Assembly (NCBI GenBank): GCA_963795855.1
Contig: CAWCIZ010000001.1
Location: forward strand, 512,001-576,000
From: Vulcanimicrobiota bacterium
GTDB taxonomy: Bacteria > Vulcanimicrobiota > Vulcanimicrobiia > Vulcanimicrobiales > Vulcanimicrobiaceae
DNA length: 64,000 nt
Direction of reading: 5' to 3'
This document shows, one piece after another, positions 47,594 through 59,288 of the stretch. Under the pieces are notes generated by a model that saw only the letters and a list, made by a program, of their open reading frames with translations, searched no databases and was not told the origin of the DNA. The first letter of the stretch is position 1; every line of letters starts with the position of its first letter. Made by a program: the position numbers and the translations under genes.

Positions 47594-50500
47594 CTAGAGT
47601 CTTACCTGCGCCTGCAGATACAAGTTGAAGGGAAAGAATCCGCCGATCGTGTTGTTCGCTTTCGGCTGGTACGATTCGCAGCTGCCAGGGCTGAACCGTA
47701 ACGCCGTTAGCGGCCGTATCCGTCGGTGACGTGCCATTATACATGTTTGATACGTACGAGCCGCTGTATCCCAGAGAGGACGGCTGATAGCCACAGACCG
47801 TGCTGCTCGGTTTGTAGGCTGCCGTTGTCCACGGTTCGCTGGAGCCGCCGAAGCACGTATGCCATACGTTCGTCGCGGTTAGCATAAGCGAAATCTTTGG
47901 ACTGACGTCGTACGTAAGCTGCATGTTGAGTATCGCGTTGTTCGGTTCGGTGAACCGTCCGATGCTCGCAAACGTGCCGGTTTGCGGGTTTGGAATGTAC
48001 AAGAAGCCGAACTCCGGGGCAGCGCCGGCGCCGACGAACTGCGTGTAATCGCACGCCAGTGGATTTGTTTTCGGCGAAAGCGCCGTAATTCCGGTCGTGC
48101 CTTGATTGGCGGCGCAAGTGCGCGGATCCAAGCCGATCACGTCCAGGGGTGCGCCATATGGCGCGCCGGCTTGCAACTGTAAACTGGGTGTTATCGAGAA
48201 CTTCTGATGACGGTAATTCAACACCAAGTTCAGCACATACGGCGAGTTGTAATACACCGGATCGGTGTTGACTCCCGGCTCGAGCGTATACAGGCCTTGC
48301 GGATACCAGCCGTTTGGATCGAAGTGCGCTTGCGGGGCACTATTGTAGTAGGGATTCAGAATACTCGACGCCGCGCACGAGCCATCGGGTGTTCCTCCCG
48401 TCCCAGTATTCGGATCGAACGCAGTATAACATGGGGCGCCTCCACCCGACTTCGTGAGCGCGTTGTAATTGTCGATTGCGGTGTTCACCACCGTCCGCAC
48501 TTGATTTTGACCAAGGAGATCCTGGTACTGCACTTGCGATTGCGTCCACGTGAACGAGAGAAGCCCGGACAGTCCGTCTCGATTGAAATCGCCGACGTTA
48601 ACTTGCGTTTCGACGCCGTAATTGCGTGCTTTCCCCACGGGAACCTGAGTGACGAACCCCTGGCCGATAAGTTGCTGCTGCTCCCAGTTCGACGTCTGTT
48701 GGTAGAACGGCGAGATCTTGAACGAGAGCGCAGTTCCGTGGATGCGGTGCTCGAGGGAGAAGTCATATTGACCAGACGTCTGCACAGCAATCGGATGGAA
48801 CGGCGAGAAGAACCCCAAGTTCATGAAGCCGCCCCACAGATTCACGCCGCTGCCGCCGGCGTACAGGTAGTTGACCGCCGCGGAAAGCGGCGGCTCGGCA
48901 TAACGGCCTGCGGAAAAACGCAGGACCGTATCGGGACTCAGCGTGTAGGTGCCGGACAAGCGTGGTTCCCACGTCGCCGGAGCATACGTGGAGGGGTAAC
49001 TCAGCGTCCACAACGGCGCATTGATGCCGTTCTGCGCTTTGCCGTTGGGATGTACGTAGCCCGCGCTCAATCCATTCGGAAGGGCGGTCGCGCAGTCGCC
49101 GCTCGTGAGGATCGCCGCCGGCGGCGCCGGTTGCCCGGGCGCTAGCGGCGCGACAAGCGTCGACTGCGTTGCCGGGTTGAAGCAGGTGTAGTTCTGCACG
49201 ATTTGAGCGTAGAACGGATTTTGCGCCGTGTCGGCGTTCGGCATGTTGTACGCAAAGCGATCCCACCGAAGGCTCGCGTTGATATTCCAGCGGTCACTCG
49301 GCCGCCACTGATCTGCGATAGACGTCGAAATGAAGTTCGGCTTCACGATATTAAACGTGCCGGAAGTGTTGCCGTTCCACAACGTCGCCCAATATGCGCC
49401 TGCGTCCGCCGCGGGCGAACCGCCGGCGGCAAATCCCGTCGGTCCTTCTGCGGCCGTGCTCTTGTACGCGCTTGAACCGGCGCCCGCACATGGTGCTTCA
49501 CTGCCGCTCGAGGGATCCCAGCAATGGTACATACCTGAGGCATCACGCGAGATGTAGCCGATTGGCGACGTGCCGTTCAAATAGCCGGTGTTGTTGAAGC
49601 GCGTCACGCCGGCGCTGGTGTCGTTGACGGTGAACTGCAGCAGATGCTTATCCGTGATTTGGTTATAGTATTGAAATTCGCCGCCCACGGTGTGGGTGAT
49701 TAAGTCGTAATTCGGCGCCACGCCGGTCGCCGGATACTCATTTGGCGGGTTAGCCGCCCCTTCAATCGCGCCGGCTTGCGTCCAATCGGAATAAAACGTA
49801 TAGCCGTAAACGCGCGCGAAGGACCGGCTATCGAATGGATGCGTCCATTGCAGCTTTACCACACCGGTATCGTTGTGGTAGGCATCCTCGAGATCGTTTG
49901 GAATCGGCGCGCCTGGAGGACGGTTCGAAGGTGAATGCGGCTGGTAGTAATGTTCCGTCGGCAGCGCCGTGCCGTTTGGTGCGATGTTTGTGCCGAACGG
50001 CAGATTATACACGACGGCATCAGTGTATGTTAGGAAATTCGGCTGGCCGCCGGTAGCCGCGCAGCCCGCATCCTTTCCACTCAACCCGCAATATGGAAAA
50101 CCCGTTGCCGCGTTGGTGAAAGCGTTGAGGCCCATGTCGTTCGGCGAAGAGTACACGTGCGTGTCAAGAGCCGATGCGCTTCCCATGAGTTGGATGTCGT
50201 CGCGCTGCCCGTTCCGGCGCGGAATTCCGAAGTGCAGATTAGCGACGTTTTCCCGGTCGGCAATCGAATTAGTGGCTGCGAGCAAACCGGAGTACGGCGC
50301 TAGGCAAAACGGCGCAAGGGGGCTGGGCGAAACACCGGTCAGCGGGTCGCAAATCGCCTCAAGCCCGAAGCTCGTGAAGCTCGAGCGCAAGTATCCGTAC
50401 GTTGCGTAAGCAGACCCTGGAGACATGAGGCTTGCGCCGTTGCTTTGGTCGATATACCGGAAGGCTTGATTGTAGCCGCCGATGCCGACGTAATAGCTGA

Positions 50501-51356
50501 AATTACGGTTTGGAGTTGCGCCGCCGGCTTCAGCGCGCGCGGAATGGTAAAACGCTTCCGCTGCAACTCCGCCCGTAAGTAATCCATAGCCGGGATACGT
50601 TCCGGTTTTCATGACTTGGTTGATAAATCCCGACGTGCCGCTGGAGGAGATACTTGTCGGGCCGCCGCCCGTGTAAACCTGGAGTTCTTGCAGACCGAGA
50701 TTCGATGCGGTCGACGCGGTGTAGTTATCGAAGGCGCGATTTACCGGAATGCCGTCGTACTCAAAGCCCGTAAACCATGGATTGTTGCCGCGAACGACCA
50801 CGGCCTGATTCCAACCGGCTCCGCCTGTTCCAACCACCAGCCCCGGCACCGATGCAATCGCTGAGTAGGCGCTATCGAGATTTCCCCCGCCGCCCAACGC
50901 CGCGGATTTTTGCATCTGGGCTGTATCGACATTATAAATGTCGCCTCCTACGCTCGATTTTACGAGACTCGAGGCAGCTTGCGTGCGCACCGCGGCAATC
51001 GTTCTGAGCAGTTTCGGCATCGTTACGGACACCGTTTGCACTTGATCGGCGAAGACCGTAATGCCGGCGATCGATATATCCTGGTACTCGTCTTTGCTTG
51101 AGGAAATGCTGTACGTGTCGGGCGCTAATGATAGAAACGCGAAATGCCCGGCCGCGTCTGTCGACGATGACGTGACTTCGGAGGGCGAGCTTACCGTGAC
51201 ACGTGCATTAGCAATTGGCGTTCCGTCCGACGCGCGCACGTAGCCGTTGATTCCGCCCGTTGTGCCCGCCAGTGCCCAAGTTTCCTGGCTGAACATCGCG
51301 GTTAGAATCAACAAAGCAACGATGCAGCGGCGGAGGAACGATGCGTATGTCGTCAT
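47594..51356 (-). CDS. TonB-dependent receptor with carboxypeptidase-regulatory-like N-domain (frameshift near 47680)
   Basis: Signal peptide; GTPIANARVTV N-domain; plug region (SVPG...VRG...DGIPVN); beta-strand-rich body; OM-type C-terminus PFNLYLQAQVRL in the shifted frame. Confidence 0.88.
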
Positions 51357-51456
51357 GTGTCCTCTCTTACTAGCATTGCTGCGCCGTGAATCCGCGCGGT
51401 GCGCGGAAACCGGCTCATCGAATTCTAAGTCATTGGCGCGCGGTCGCACTTGCCAA

Positions 51457-51474
51457 GTCAGGTTTCTGTCAGGT
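51457..51474. promoter_or_regulatory. GTCAGGT-N4-GTCAGGT direct-repeat box (copy 2)
   Basis: GTCAGGTTTCTGTCAGGT about 100 bp upstream of the receptor ATG. Confidence 0.55.
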
Positions 51475-51524
51475 CGCACGTCCGACGCGCGTACTACGTA
51501 ATGCGCGTAAAGAGTGCCGGCGAT

Positions 51525-51555
51525 AAAAAAAAAGGGACGGTGTACGTCCCCTTTT
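51525..51555 (-). terminator. intrinsic terminator (possibly bidirectional)
   Basis: A9-GGGACG-GTGTA-CGTCCC-CTTTT. Confidence 0.75.
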
Positions 51556-51596
51556 CCTGGCTTATGCCTATTCCGGAACGTCGTGGCTTTTTGAAT

Positions 51597-51624
51597 AAAA
51601 AGGGCTACCCCGAGAGGCAGCCCT
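51597..51624 (-). terminator. intrinsic terminator
   Basis: Minus strand AGGGCTGCCT-CTCG-GGGTAGCCCT-TTTT. Confidence 0.7.
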
Positions 51625-51722
51625 AAAATCTCTCACGGCGAACTCCTCAGCATTTACTGGTAGGACCGCGCGTATTTGATTGCCGCGAATTTCTCCAATC
51701 CGGACGGCCGGCGCGCGTGTTT

Positions 51723-53539
51723 TCACAGCGGTGCTTCGTCAGTGAAACGTTTCAGCCGGCGTACCTGCTCGAGTTGCGTATTGATCGCCGCAAAGCCGTT
51801 CGCCATGGCAGCATGCATGGCCCGAACTTCCGTCGCCAAGCCGTTATCGCTTGCCGCCTGCTTTTGTGAAAGCACATCCAGAGACGCTGCGATGCCATGT
51901 GCTAGCTCCGCAATAGCCTGTGATTCGTCGGGCGCATACGTTTCTTCGGAGCGCTTTGGACCTAGTACCAGCGCCCCGACGAGCCGCCCCCGCGCAACCA
52001 TCGGGTACGCAAACTCTCCGCGTAGCTGCGTTTGCGTTCGATGCAAATCGAGAACTCGGTGCCAAGTACGCAGGGAAACAATTGCCGGATCGTTTTCACT
52101 CACGCTGCCGTACGAGCCGGCGCCGTCGTCCAGCGCAAGACGCGCAAACGACGCCTCCGCGTGCTGCTCGAGCACTTGCACCGTGCGCGCAATCAGCGTT
52201 TGCGGGTCAGTGATGTACGCGGCCTCGTGCGCAAAGCGGCGAATGGCCTGTTCGTCCTCATGGCGCTTACGGAAGAAGACGCGGTCCAGTACGTGTTCAA
52301 CGCGCGCGCTCACGACGTGAATCGAGAGTCCGAGTGCAAGCGCTACAGCCGCGCCGGCCACCAGGCTCGCCGTATGATTCATCTGCTGCAGCCACGAGCC
52401 GAGCGCCCATTCCACGAGCACGAACGCGCCAACGACGATGAATGACACGACGGAAAAGATCGCCACGCGGTTCAGTGCAAAACCGATATCGAGCAGGCGC
52501 CGGTTAAGCAGCGCGTACGTCATGCCGAGGGGTGCTAGGAACGAGCCGACGTTGTCGAATTCATAGGCAACTACCAGCGCCGTCCCCCGGGCCGACGTCG
52601 GAAAGATCCCGGCTGCCAAGAAACTGAACGCGCCGAAAAACAAATAGAGTCCGACGGATGCCGTTGACCATGCGATGCGGGCCCGCTCCTTTCCGCGCGC
52701 CGCCACGATTCCCGCGATTGCGCAGGCGATCGCCAAGAAATACGGTACTGCGGCCCACTCGAGGTGCCAGTCAGGCCCCAGCGTTTGCGCCTCCCAGGCT
52801 TTGCTGCCAGTCCAGAGCATGGCAAGGCGTGCAGCCTCGTACACTGCAACGGCGGCGCATAACGCATACGTTAGGCCCGAGAGTATCATGCGCATCGGCG
52901 AAGGCGGCCGCCCGAAGATCAGTGCGTATCTCACTAGCAAAGCGGGCTGAGCGACGGTCAACGCAGAGCCAATCATCGCACCTATTACGTCGGCGCTTGG
53001 TGATACTGTAAGCCAGACTTCCGGCTTGCAGACCGGCCGCAGCAGGAATGAGTGCGAGGAGCGTGCAGAGTATGCGCGCTTCAAGCGAACCTGCCCGCCG
53101 CCACGCGATCAAAAATGCAAAGCCGAGCAGCCAAAACGACGCCGCGGCCCACAATAATGTGTCCCAGCGCCACGCGGGCTTCTCGCCGCTGCGATACAGC
53201 ACCCGAATTGTGCGCGCACCATGAGTAACGATTACCGGAATCTGCTCGTGCGGATGTACGCCCGTGAACAATCGGTAGCGATCACCCGGAGAGAGATCGC
53301 GCACGTGAATCAAGTCGCCCGCTCGTAAACCGCTAACGTCGGCTGCGGCGCCCGGATCGATGGAAGCGATACGAGCCAACGCGGGGTTCGGCGTGATGCT
53401 CGACCTGAAATCCAAGCGCCGAAGACGCCTCGACGGACATAGTAAAGAGGCTATACGAATTGATTGCCGTGCTGAGAAAGCAGAGCATCAACAGGAGCGG
53501 CCGCCACAGGCGGGTCGAGCTGGGTGCGCCGGCCTCCAC
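51723..53539 (-). CDS. PDZ-like / multi-TM / GAF-like membrane sensor (frameshifts near 53410 and 53030)
   Basis: PGAAADVSGLRAGDLI PDZ signature; multiple TMs; YPMVARGRLVGALVLGPK...Y GAF-like end; no kinase or cyclase output seen. Confidence 0.72.
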
Positions 53540-53606
53540 GCCGAATACTTACGGCGCGGCTGCCGCCATTCCCTCAGAACTGGTGGGTCTGCGTCGCTTA
53601 ACCGAC

Positions 53607-53635
53607 AAAAAAGGCGGCGCGTTCTGCGCCGCCTT
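53607..53635 (-). terminator. intrinsic terminator after nrdJ
   Basis: AAGGCGGCGC-N5-GCGCCGCCTT plus T tract on the minus strand. Confidence 0.8.
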
Positions 53636-53657
53636 CGTACGTCGAGGGCGGGTACTT

Positions 53658-56600
53658 TTACGAGCACCCACTCGTCGCTCCGCACGAATCGCACTTTTCG
53701 CACGATCCGTTACGCACCATGGTAAGTTGCCCGCACTCGCTGCACGCGTTACCGGTGTAGCCTTTTGCACGCGCGGCCGTGACTTGTTCGGAACGCGGCA
53801 CGGTTGCCACGCCGGTGGAAGACGAGACGAGTGATGGATCTCGCCGTTCGTGTCGGCGCTCCTCCGCAACGACGTGCGGCGTCTCTTCCGGTTCGTGCGT
53901 ATGCGACCCGGGATGCAGATGCGTGCTCGTGGGATGCAGTTTCTCTTGCACCTTCGCCGGGACGTAACGCACTTCGCCGGTTTCCTCGGCAACGTACTCT
54001 TCCTCGACTTGAGGACCCATCGCGTCCATTTCCATGCTCGGCTGGACGTGTGCGAGCTCGTACCGCCCGAGATAGCTGACGGCGAGTTCGCGGAAGATGT
54101 AGTCGAGAATCGACGTCGCCATCTTTATGTGATTATGACCGACGACCGGACCATTCGGCTCGAACCTCGTGAAGGTGAACGCCTCGACGAACTCTTCGAG
54201 CGGCACGCCGTGCTGCAACCCCAGCGAAACCGCGATCGCGAAGTTGTTCATCAGCGAACGGAACGCCGCGCCTTCCTTGTGCATGTCGATGAATATCTCG
54301 CCGAGTTGGCCGCCTTCGTATTCGCCGGTGCGCAGGTAGACTTTGTGTCCGCCGACGATCGCTTTTTGCGTGTAGCCGCTGCGGCGTTCGGGCAGACGGC
54401 GGCGCTTGGCGATATAGCGGTAGACGATGCGTTCCGCAACCTGCAGCGGCGTTTGGAAAGGCGCGGGCGCGAGTGCGTCCTCTTCGGGCATCTCGCCCCC
54501 GAGATCGTACGTCGCGGCCAGCGGTTGAGAGAGCTTCGATCCGTCGCGATAGAGCGCGACGGCTTTAATCATGCGCTCCCACGAGTATTGGTACGCTTCC
54601 TTGACCTCGGCAATCGTCGCGTGCTGCGGCAAGTTGATCGTCTTTGAAATCGCACCGCTGACGAACGGCTGAGCCGCAGCCATCATGTCGATGTGCGCGA
54701 GCGGGCGGATGTAGCGAGAACCGTGTTTGCCGCACGGTGTCGCGCAGTCGAATACCGGCAGGTGCTCGTCTTTGAGATGCGGCGCGCCCTCGAGCGTCAT
54801 GCGTCCGCAAATGACGTCGGACGCTTCCTCGATTTGCTGCTGCGTGAAGCCGAGGCCGTCACGCAGAATCGAGAAGTTCCAGTCGCCGAGCTGTTCATCG
54901 GTGAAGCCGAGCTTCTCTTTGCAGAACTCCTCGGTGAGGATGTACTTATTGAACGCAAACTGAAGCTCGAACGCACTCGGCAGGGCAGCTTCGATGCGCG
55001 CTAAGCGCTGCATCGTCGAAGCCTTTGGCACGCAGCGTGGCGCGGTTGACGTGCGGCGTGCTCTCGAGCGTGCCGGTGCCCTTGGCGAACGTTTCGATTT
55101 CGCGGATCTGCTCTTCGTTATACCCGAGATGACGCAGCGCGTGCTCGACCGACTGATTGACGATCTTGAAGTAGCCCCCGCCGGCAAGTTTCTTGAATTT
55201 TACGAGTGCGAAATCCGGCTCGATACCGGTCGTGTCGCAATCCATAACTAGGCCGATGGTGTTGTGCGAAATGAAGCCGTTAGCGATGTACGTAACGTTC
55301 GCCGGCACCGACAGATCGTACGTGAGCTGTTCGCCGCCCTCTTCATTCGAGACGATAGTATCGTAGTAGAAATCTAGCGCCGAGGAGAGGCGCTCGTCGC
55401 CGGTGCGCTCCAGGACCTGCGTCGCGACGTTGCGCGAAAGCGCGCCGGGAGTGCGCTTATGACTGTTGTAGAGCGCGGCTTTCGAAACCGTACCCGATGC
55501 TACAAGCTCGCGGAACGCCGTTTCGCCGATATAAACGTTGTCGCGCTTGCGGGCGCCCATGAATCCCGCGCACTGCGCGAACTTGTACGTATACGAGATG
55601 TTCACCAGGCGCGTGCAATACGTCGCGGACTGGCCCCAGCCGGAGAGACCGATCTTCGTCGTCGTCGGCATGCCGAGAAGGAGAAGCAACGACTTGACCT
55701 CTTCCGAGAACTCGCGGCACGTTGTGGTCCAACTTGGCATGCCATTCGTAACGGTGCCGTCGGCCTCGAACAGACCTCGCACGAAAGCGCCGTATGTTGC
55801 TGGATCGTTTGTGGCAAGCACCGCGTCCGGAATGCGCGGCATATAGCCTTTCCCGCTGTGTTCGGCAGACGGCGGCAGTTTCTTGAAACCACAAGCGTCC
55901 CACCACTGAACTAGCGGCACGGAGTTGATTGCAACTTCGGTATAGCCGGTCTTGGCCGTTACCGTTGCATCAATGTTGAAGAGATGTTTGCTCAGCCGAC
56001 GCAGTCGGTCGACGACGTCTTCGTCTTGTGCGGCCACGCAAAAGCGCAGGCCCTTACTGTGGAACGACCCGTCGCCCATAAAATAACCAGTGAGTTCGGC
56101 GAGGTCGGGCGTCATGACGCGCGGGACGCGCGTCGAGTAATTGCCCGTCCAGTATTCTTCACCCAGCGGTGCGAGGCGAACGTTGTGCGGTTCGCCGACG
56201 AACGTTCCCATCGAGAGCGCGGCAACGTCGCCGGAGGAAACATCCGCCATGCGCTTCCATTCCATGTCGCCCGTCTGCTGATCGATCACTTTGATTCGGT
56301 GCGTCGGCGTGCCCTGAATCACGTAGCCGCTCCTTGTTTGAATGCGGCGCGTGTGCTCGATGCCGTTGATGAAAAACTTCGTCGCGCGCTGCTCACCTTC
56401 ATCGGTCAGCACGCGGAAGTCTGCATCTTGCCACTTCTCGCCATCGACATTGCCGAGGCGGTTCAGGCGCATCAGGCCGCGATCCGTGACCACGAGCGAA
56501 TTGCCGGTGAGGCATCCGGTCGGAGCGATCACGACCGTTTGCGCGTTGCGGAACCCGGCTACCTCGCCGATCGTAAGCGCCTCGTCCCACATTTTGCGCG

Positions 56601-58516
56601 CAAGCGCCCAGACGTTTTGGGTGAACAGCGTCGGCGCGTGCGTTACGGGTTTTACGGTCAGCGCTTCGTACTGGTCTTTGGCGGCATCATAGGCGGCCCG
56701 CCGATGATTGCGAATCACGCGAAGCATCGGTTGCGCGTTTGCCTCGAAGCGCGCGAACGGCCCAAGTTGCTGCGCCATTTCGGCGGACGTGCGGTACGCG
56801 GCGCCGGTCATGAGCGAAGTGATCGCTGCGGACCACCCGAACGATTCTTCCGAGTCGTACGGCAGCCCCAGGCGCATCAAGAGCGTGCCGAGGTTCGCAT
56901 ACCCCAAACCCAGCGTGCGATACCCGTGGTTTTTCGCCGCAATTTCCTTCGACGGCATTTGCCCCATTGCGACCGATATCTCGAGCGTCGTCGTCCAAAT
57001 CCGCGATGCTTCCGCGAAGCGCTTCTCGTCGAACGTGTCGTTGTCGTCGAGGAATTTGACGAGGTTCAAGCTGGCGAGGTTGCACGCCGTATCGTCGATG
57101 AACACGTACTCGCTGCATGGATTCGTGGCATTGATACGATCGTCGTTCGGGCACGTGTGCCATTCTTGAATCGTGTCGTCGTACTGTAGTCCCGGATCCG
57201 CGCATTGCCATGCTGCAACGGCGATCTGTTCCCATAGATCGCGCGCTTTGATGGTTTTAACGATGGCGCCCGTGGTGCGCGCGGTCAAATTCCAATCGGT
57301 ATCGTTATTGAGTGCGTCGAAAAACGCGTTGGACAAGCGGACGGAGTTGTTGGAATTCTGCCCGGAAACCGTGGCGTAGGCGTCGGAATCCCAATTCGTG
57401 TCGTACTGCTCGATCCGCAGCGACGTGTAGCCTTGGCGCGCGTAGTCGAGCGCAGTCTGCACCGCACCGGACGGAACGCCGCCGCTGAGCGCGGAGCGGA
57501 CCACCGTTTTGAGGTGCGGATTCAAATACGGATCGAACCGCGCGTTTTCGGCGATGCGGGTGTCGTGTGCGGCGCCGATGATCGCGTTCATGTGCTGCTC
57601 GAACATGCGCGAGCCGATCACGAGGTCCGCGACCTTGCGTTCTTCGCGAACCTTCCAATTCACGAACTCCTCGATGTCCGGATGATCGGCGTTGAGTACG
57701 ACCATCTTGGCGGCGCGACGCGTTGTGCCGCCGGACTTGATCGCGCCCGCAGCACGATCGAATACTTTAAGGAAAGACATGAGACCGGAGCTCGTGCCGC
57801 CGCCGCTGAGCTTTTTCGCCCGAGCCGCGAATCTTAGAAAAATTTGCGCCGCTGCCCGAACCGCCCTTGAAAATGCGCGCTTCTCGCACGACGCCGTCGA
57901 AAAGGCCGCCCTCGTTGACGAGGTCGTCTTCGACCGACAGGATGAAGCACGCGGAAACTTGCGGGTGTTCGTACGCGTTGGCGGAGCGCGTCAGCTCGCC
58001 GCTCTTCGGATCGACGAAGTAGTGACCTTGAGCCGGTCCCGCGATGCCGTACGCCCAATGCAAACCGGTATTGAACCACTGCGGGCTGTTCGGCGCGCCG
58101 ATTTGGCGCGCGAGCATCGCGCACATTTCGTCGTAATAGATTTGCGCGTCGTCTTGGCTGTCGAAGTAGCCGTTCTTGAAACCCCAGTACGTCCAGCACC
58201 CCGCAAGCCGGTTGAAAACCTGGCGCGAGTCGCGCTCCGCGCTGAAATCGGTATCGCCGGACGGCTCGGACCGCCACAACCACTCGGGAACGCCGTCCTC
58301 CGGAATGCGCTGAAGCTCCGTGGGCACGCCGGCCTTCCGGCAATACTTCTGCGCCAGCACGTCGACCGCGACCTGACTCCACCCCGCCGGAACCATGACG
58401 TCGTTGGCTTCGAAGATGACGGAGCCGTCGGGGTTGACGATGCGAGAGGTACGGGGTTCGAAGGTAAGACCGGCGTAGGGTTCGCCTGGGGCCGAGTAGG
58501 TGCGGCGGAATTTCAT
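53658..58516 (-). CDS. nrdJ: class II (adenosylcobalamin-dependent) ribonucleotide reductase, intein-containing (frameshifts near 57812 and 55003)
   Basis: [58 protein letters not shown]-terminal zinc ribbon. Confidence 0.95.
55261..56514 (-). mobile_element. intein (418 aa) with LAGLIDADG homing endonuclease in nrdJ
   Basis: [12 protein letters not shown] ... TPTHRI ... TYDLSV...[23 protein letters not shown] and [10 protein letters not shown] motifs. Confidence 0.96.
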
Positions 58517-58570
58517 CGAGGCTCCTTCCTCCGATGCGTGGAGGACCCGTTCACTTCGAGCAAAGCGTAT

Positions 58571-58584
58571 CGAACACCTGTTCG
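58571..58584. promoter_or_regulatory. LexA (Gram-positive type) SOS box
   Basis: CGAAC-ACCT-GTTCG about 55 bp upstream of the nrdJ ATG. Confidence 0.65.
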
Positions 58585-58610
58585 GTAGATTGGGTCTCTT
58601 GGTGGTAGAG

Positions 58611-58658
58611 TGCCCATAAATTGTACTACCGAGGCATGCCAGATACAAGATATGGTGG
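58611..58658. promoter_or_regulatory. tandem NrdR boxes
   Basis: TGCCCATAAATTGTAC (58611) and ATACAAGATATGGTGG (58643), offset 32 bp, resembling acaCwAtATaTwGtgt. Confidence 0.75.
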
Positions 58659-58802
58659 TCGGCACCTTGTGTGCAACGTGTCGACAACGCAAATTTCTTG
58701 TGTACGGCTGCGGCGGGTTTGGTGGAAAAGGTGCGTCCTGCGTGAAGGCGCTGTGGAAAGTTCCGAGGATAGCGGGGAAAAGTGGCCCAATCGCACCTGT
58801 GC

Positions 58803-59288
58803 ATGCTCGGACCCAATCGCTTTGCGCCCCGCCTCTACGACATTCCGCTCGCCGAGCTGTGGGAGATGGGCATCCGCGGCTTGATCGTCGATCTCGACAA
58901 CACGCTGCTCGGCTTTCGGGAGACCGAACTGGCCGCCGAACACCTTGCCTGGGTAGAAGACGCGCACGAGCGAGGCTTCGCCATGGTCATGGTTTCGAAT
59001 AATTTCAGCGAACGGGTGCGCGGCATTGCGGCCCAACTGCGGATCGAATGCATTCCAAATGCGCTAAAACCGCTGCCTTTCGGCTTCTGGCGCGCGATGC
59101 AGCATTTGAAACTTCCGCGCAAGCAGATCGCGGTCGTGGGCGACCAGCTCTTCACGGACGTGCTTGGCGCGAAATTCAGCGGCAACTTGTATACGATTTT
59201 GACCGAGCCGATCGAGAGCAAAGACTTCGCGATAACCCAGATGTTCCGGTTTTTCGAGCGGTTGATGCTTCCGGAGCGCCGGCGGTGA
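58803..59288 (+). CDS. YqeG family HAD IIIA phosphatase
   Basis: DLDNTL, VSNN, ALKP, VGDQLFTDVLG. Confidence 0.92.
   Translation: MLGPNRFAPRLYDIPLAELWEMGIRGLIVDLDNTLLGFRETELAAEHLAWVEDAHERGFAMVMVSNNFSERVRGIAAQLRIECIPNALKPLPFGFWRAMQHLKLPRKQIAVVGDQLFTDVLGAKFSGNLYTILTEPIESKDFAITQMFRFFERLMLPERRR

Noticed and set aside
37100..53550. Prophage or integrative element
   Set aside because: The block looks accessory, but no integrase, transposase, phage genes or att repeats were seen
57805..57820. Programmed ribosomal frameshift in nrdJ at GAAAAAG
   Set aside because: One extra A in a homopolymer, matching many similar indels in the window; sequencing error is simpler
58516..58800. Cobalamin riboswitch upstream of nrdJ
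   Set aside because: No B12-box consensus recognised; the region is explained by NrdR and LexA-type boxes
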